Source of the DNA: Eimeria praecox | Taxonomy: Eukaryota | DNA length: 64,000 bases | NCBI GenBank assembly: GCA_963920595.1 | Contig: OY986947.1 | Coordinates: forward strand, 4,216,001 to 4,280,000 | Reading direction: 5' to 3' | Part shown: positions 61,796 to 64,000 of the stretch, piece after piece | Numbering within the stretch: the first letter of the stretch is position 1 | Layout of the letters: every line of letters starts with the position of its first letter | Translations under genes and position numbers: made by a program | Notes under the pieces: model-generated | Told to the model about the DNA's origin: nothing | The model's database searches: none | Seen by the model: only the letters and a program-made list of their open reading frames with translations

Positions 61796-64000
61796 TCAAC
61801 TCCTAGACACTCTGACATATATGTTTAGGTGAACTTTACACCCCCACAGCTGCTCTAGCTTGTACGTGACATTTTTCCGCATCTGCAGAAGAATACGGCC
61901 TCTAACACCGCAAATCATCTTCGCAACTTGCGCGGTCCTGACCACCAGTTCCTGCAACAATTCACTAGCACAGCCCAACTGGAATTCAGTGCGTATCGTG
62001 CGCTGGCTTCCACTCCACCATTCCCCTATCACAAAGTTTTGCACTTCGCTGTCTCACTTGTTGAATAGCTACTGAGCCGTCTTCTTGGTAGGACCATCCA
62101 ACAGTTTGCTGAGAAGTACGATATGGAACGTCTTTGTTGAACCAGCAGAACAAGTATGTCCTGATCAGTCAAAAAAGAACATACGGAGCCTCATATAAGA
62201 CTGCTGCGGCATCGACTCCCGCAAGATGGATGCGCGCGCTTTGTTCAAAGCATATCGATATTTACCTGATGAGTTGCTCAATCTGCTCTACTTTCGAGAG
62301 GCTTGTCCTCTGCATTTCACGCACAGCAAGCAATACGAGACACAATCAACGCTTTTCGAAAATATTGCAGAAATGTGGTGCAGCCAACGGAACCATCGCG
62401 TTGATTATGTGACAGTGATGTACCATATCAGGAGGAAAAGACCACGAGCGTGGAACAGCTTCGGTTATAAGGTAGTCCAAAAGAGATTGTGTTCCTCTAC
62501 GATGTTTGGCCGACACGTGGAACACGCGCTGAAACAGTCCATGTGACCTGTGTCGCAAACTCCTTGATGCTTGAGAATCAATGAAAATCGTTGCATGCAG
62601 CCAGTTCTGCACTCGCTTCGATGTCTTTTGCTAAATGTCAGCACTCACTGAAACTCTCTTTCACGAGCGCGAATCCATTTCGGATGAGACGCTAAGTCGA
62701 TCTGAAAATTGCACAGAAACGCAGATGACCAGGTGAATTATTTGATCCAATCCTCCTCCACTGCAGAACCAGGGACCTGCACATCCTGAAAATATTGTAC
62801 CTTATTGAGACATAGAACTATAGGGATCGTCGGCGAGTGTCCGTCTGCTTCCCCATCTCTATGAGTCATAGCCAGGCGATGCCGCACTGTCCCTGGGATC
62901 CCAGCTTCCCTCATTTCCTCCAGTGATGGGGAGCAGACTATGCCGCTTGTCAGCGCTTCATGCGAGCGAGTTATGGGGTCTTGCAATTGGGAAACTCCTG
63001 ACAACGAGAAAACAACTTTTACATAGTCAGCTTAAACAAGGGCAAGAAGAAAGCGCTTTGCCCAGCGTGCAGTTCTTCGCCCCAGAAGCTCAGATCGAGA
63101 GCCTACTTTGCTGCATCCCTCACAGAGGTGCAGCCGCTTGCCTGCATGATGGAATCCAAATCGGGAGAGGCACGGCTTCGGTGCGATCGAGCGAACGACA
63201 TTGAAGATTTGCTGAGTTGGCCGTTTGACAGTATCAATGACCAAAATCCCCAAGTCCGCGTCTTCCTGAGTGAACCAACTTCAAGAAGTGACACATTAGC
63301 TAGCGAAGTGCAGGTGCATGCCAGCTGACGAATGTTAAAGAGGACTAAACAGAGTGTGGGGTGTTTTCTTACATAGCCTCTCCATGCAGCATTTACGAGC
63401 TCTCTGCAGAACGTCTTCTTGGGATGAGACTCAATAATCCCTGCGTTGGTCATTCAGAAACCCAGCCACAAGAATTTTGTAAGTTTCGCAGCCTCAATCA
63501 GGGAAGGGCTCAATGCGCTCACGCAACTGCGAAATCTTCGGAGGTATCTGTTATTTAGTTGTGGGCGAAGACGCATTCACCACCTCACCCACCAAGAATC
63601 GTACCTGGTGCATCGACGAACACTAATTGGCAGTTCCCTTTTGTCACCATCCCACGAAAATCTGTCCTGTTGGCAGCCAAAGGGGCATATACATGCATCC
63701 AGAGGACAATGCGCCCTCAGGTTCACTACCCTGCGAATTTTCCATTCGGTAGGATTGCTTTGTTTACCTTGTAGTGTTCACCTTATTGGAGACTGCTGAA
63801 ACCGTAACCCCGAGGAAAGCATTTAGCAAAGAGCTTTTCCCTGCGTTTGGAGGACCAATAAGGGCTATAGTAAGCGACCTTGGGTGCTCTGGCTGAAGTG
63901 GAGGTTGCCAAGTGGCGAACTGTGCCTGCGAGCAAAACCTCCACAGTTGTGATCTTACAAGTGAAATGCTTGTTGAAGAGGCCTTTCAAAGTGAAGAGAA
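61796..64000 (-). CDS. era: Era-family GTPase (organellar ribosome biogenesis), 5'-truncated by the window end
   Basis: Spliced fragments give G2 ([10 protein letters not shown], ~63770-63795), G3 (QLVFVDAPG, ~63605-63630), LVIDTVKR, G4 (LCLNK|ID), G5 (VFHVSAK), [16 protein letters not shown], and a KH-like C-terminus ([11 protein letters not shown]...[11 protein letters not shown]). The G1 P-loop lies beyond the window. Confidence 0.85.

Overview
This is eukaryotic, intron-rich DNA with the hallmarks of an Eimeria (coccidian apicomplexan) chromosome: dense CAG/CTG trinucleotide repeats, interstitial telomere-like AAACCCT arrays and TGCATGCA motifs. A repeat-rich segment (1 to ~56.7 kb) switches abruptly to a repeat-poor segment. 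Most ORF-track entries are repeat artefacts. Stitching exons by hand through GT/GC-AG sites gives seven genes: (1) an alpha/beta-hydrolase-fold protein apparently lacking its catalytic Ser (+); (2) a large protein with collinear similarity to NELF-B/COBRA1 (+); (3) a Tas-like aldo-keto reductase with a long N-terminal extension and an altered catalytic tetrad (-); (4) a full-length ABCC/MRP-type transporter (+); (5) a five-TM prominin/Tweety-like protein (-); (6) a MOLO1/TPM-domain protein (+); (7) an Era-like GTPase truncated by the window end (-). The most notable signals are the putative apicomplexan NELF-B, the prominin-like protein, and three separate cases of exon ends duplicated in tandem between microsatellites (two carrying their own splice site), including a 13 x 188 bp array. 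All homology calls come from motif recognition from memory, with no searches run.
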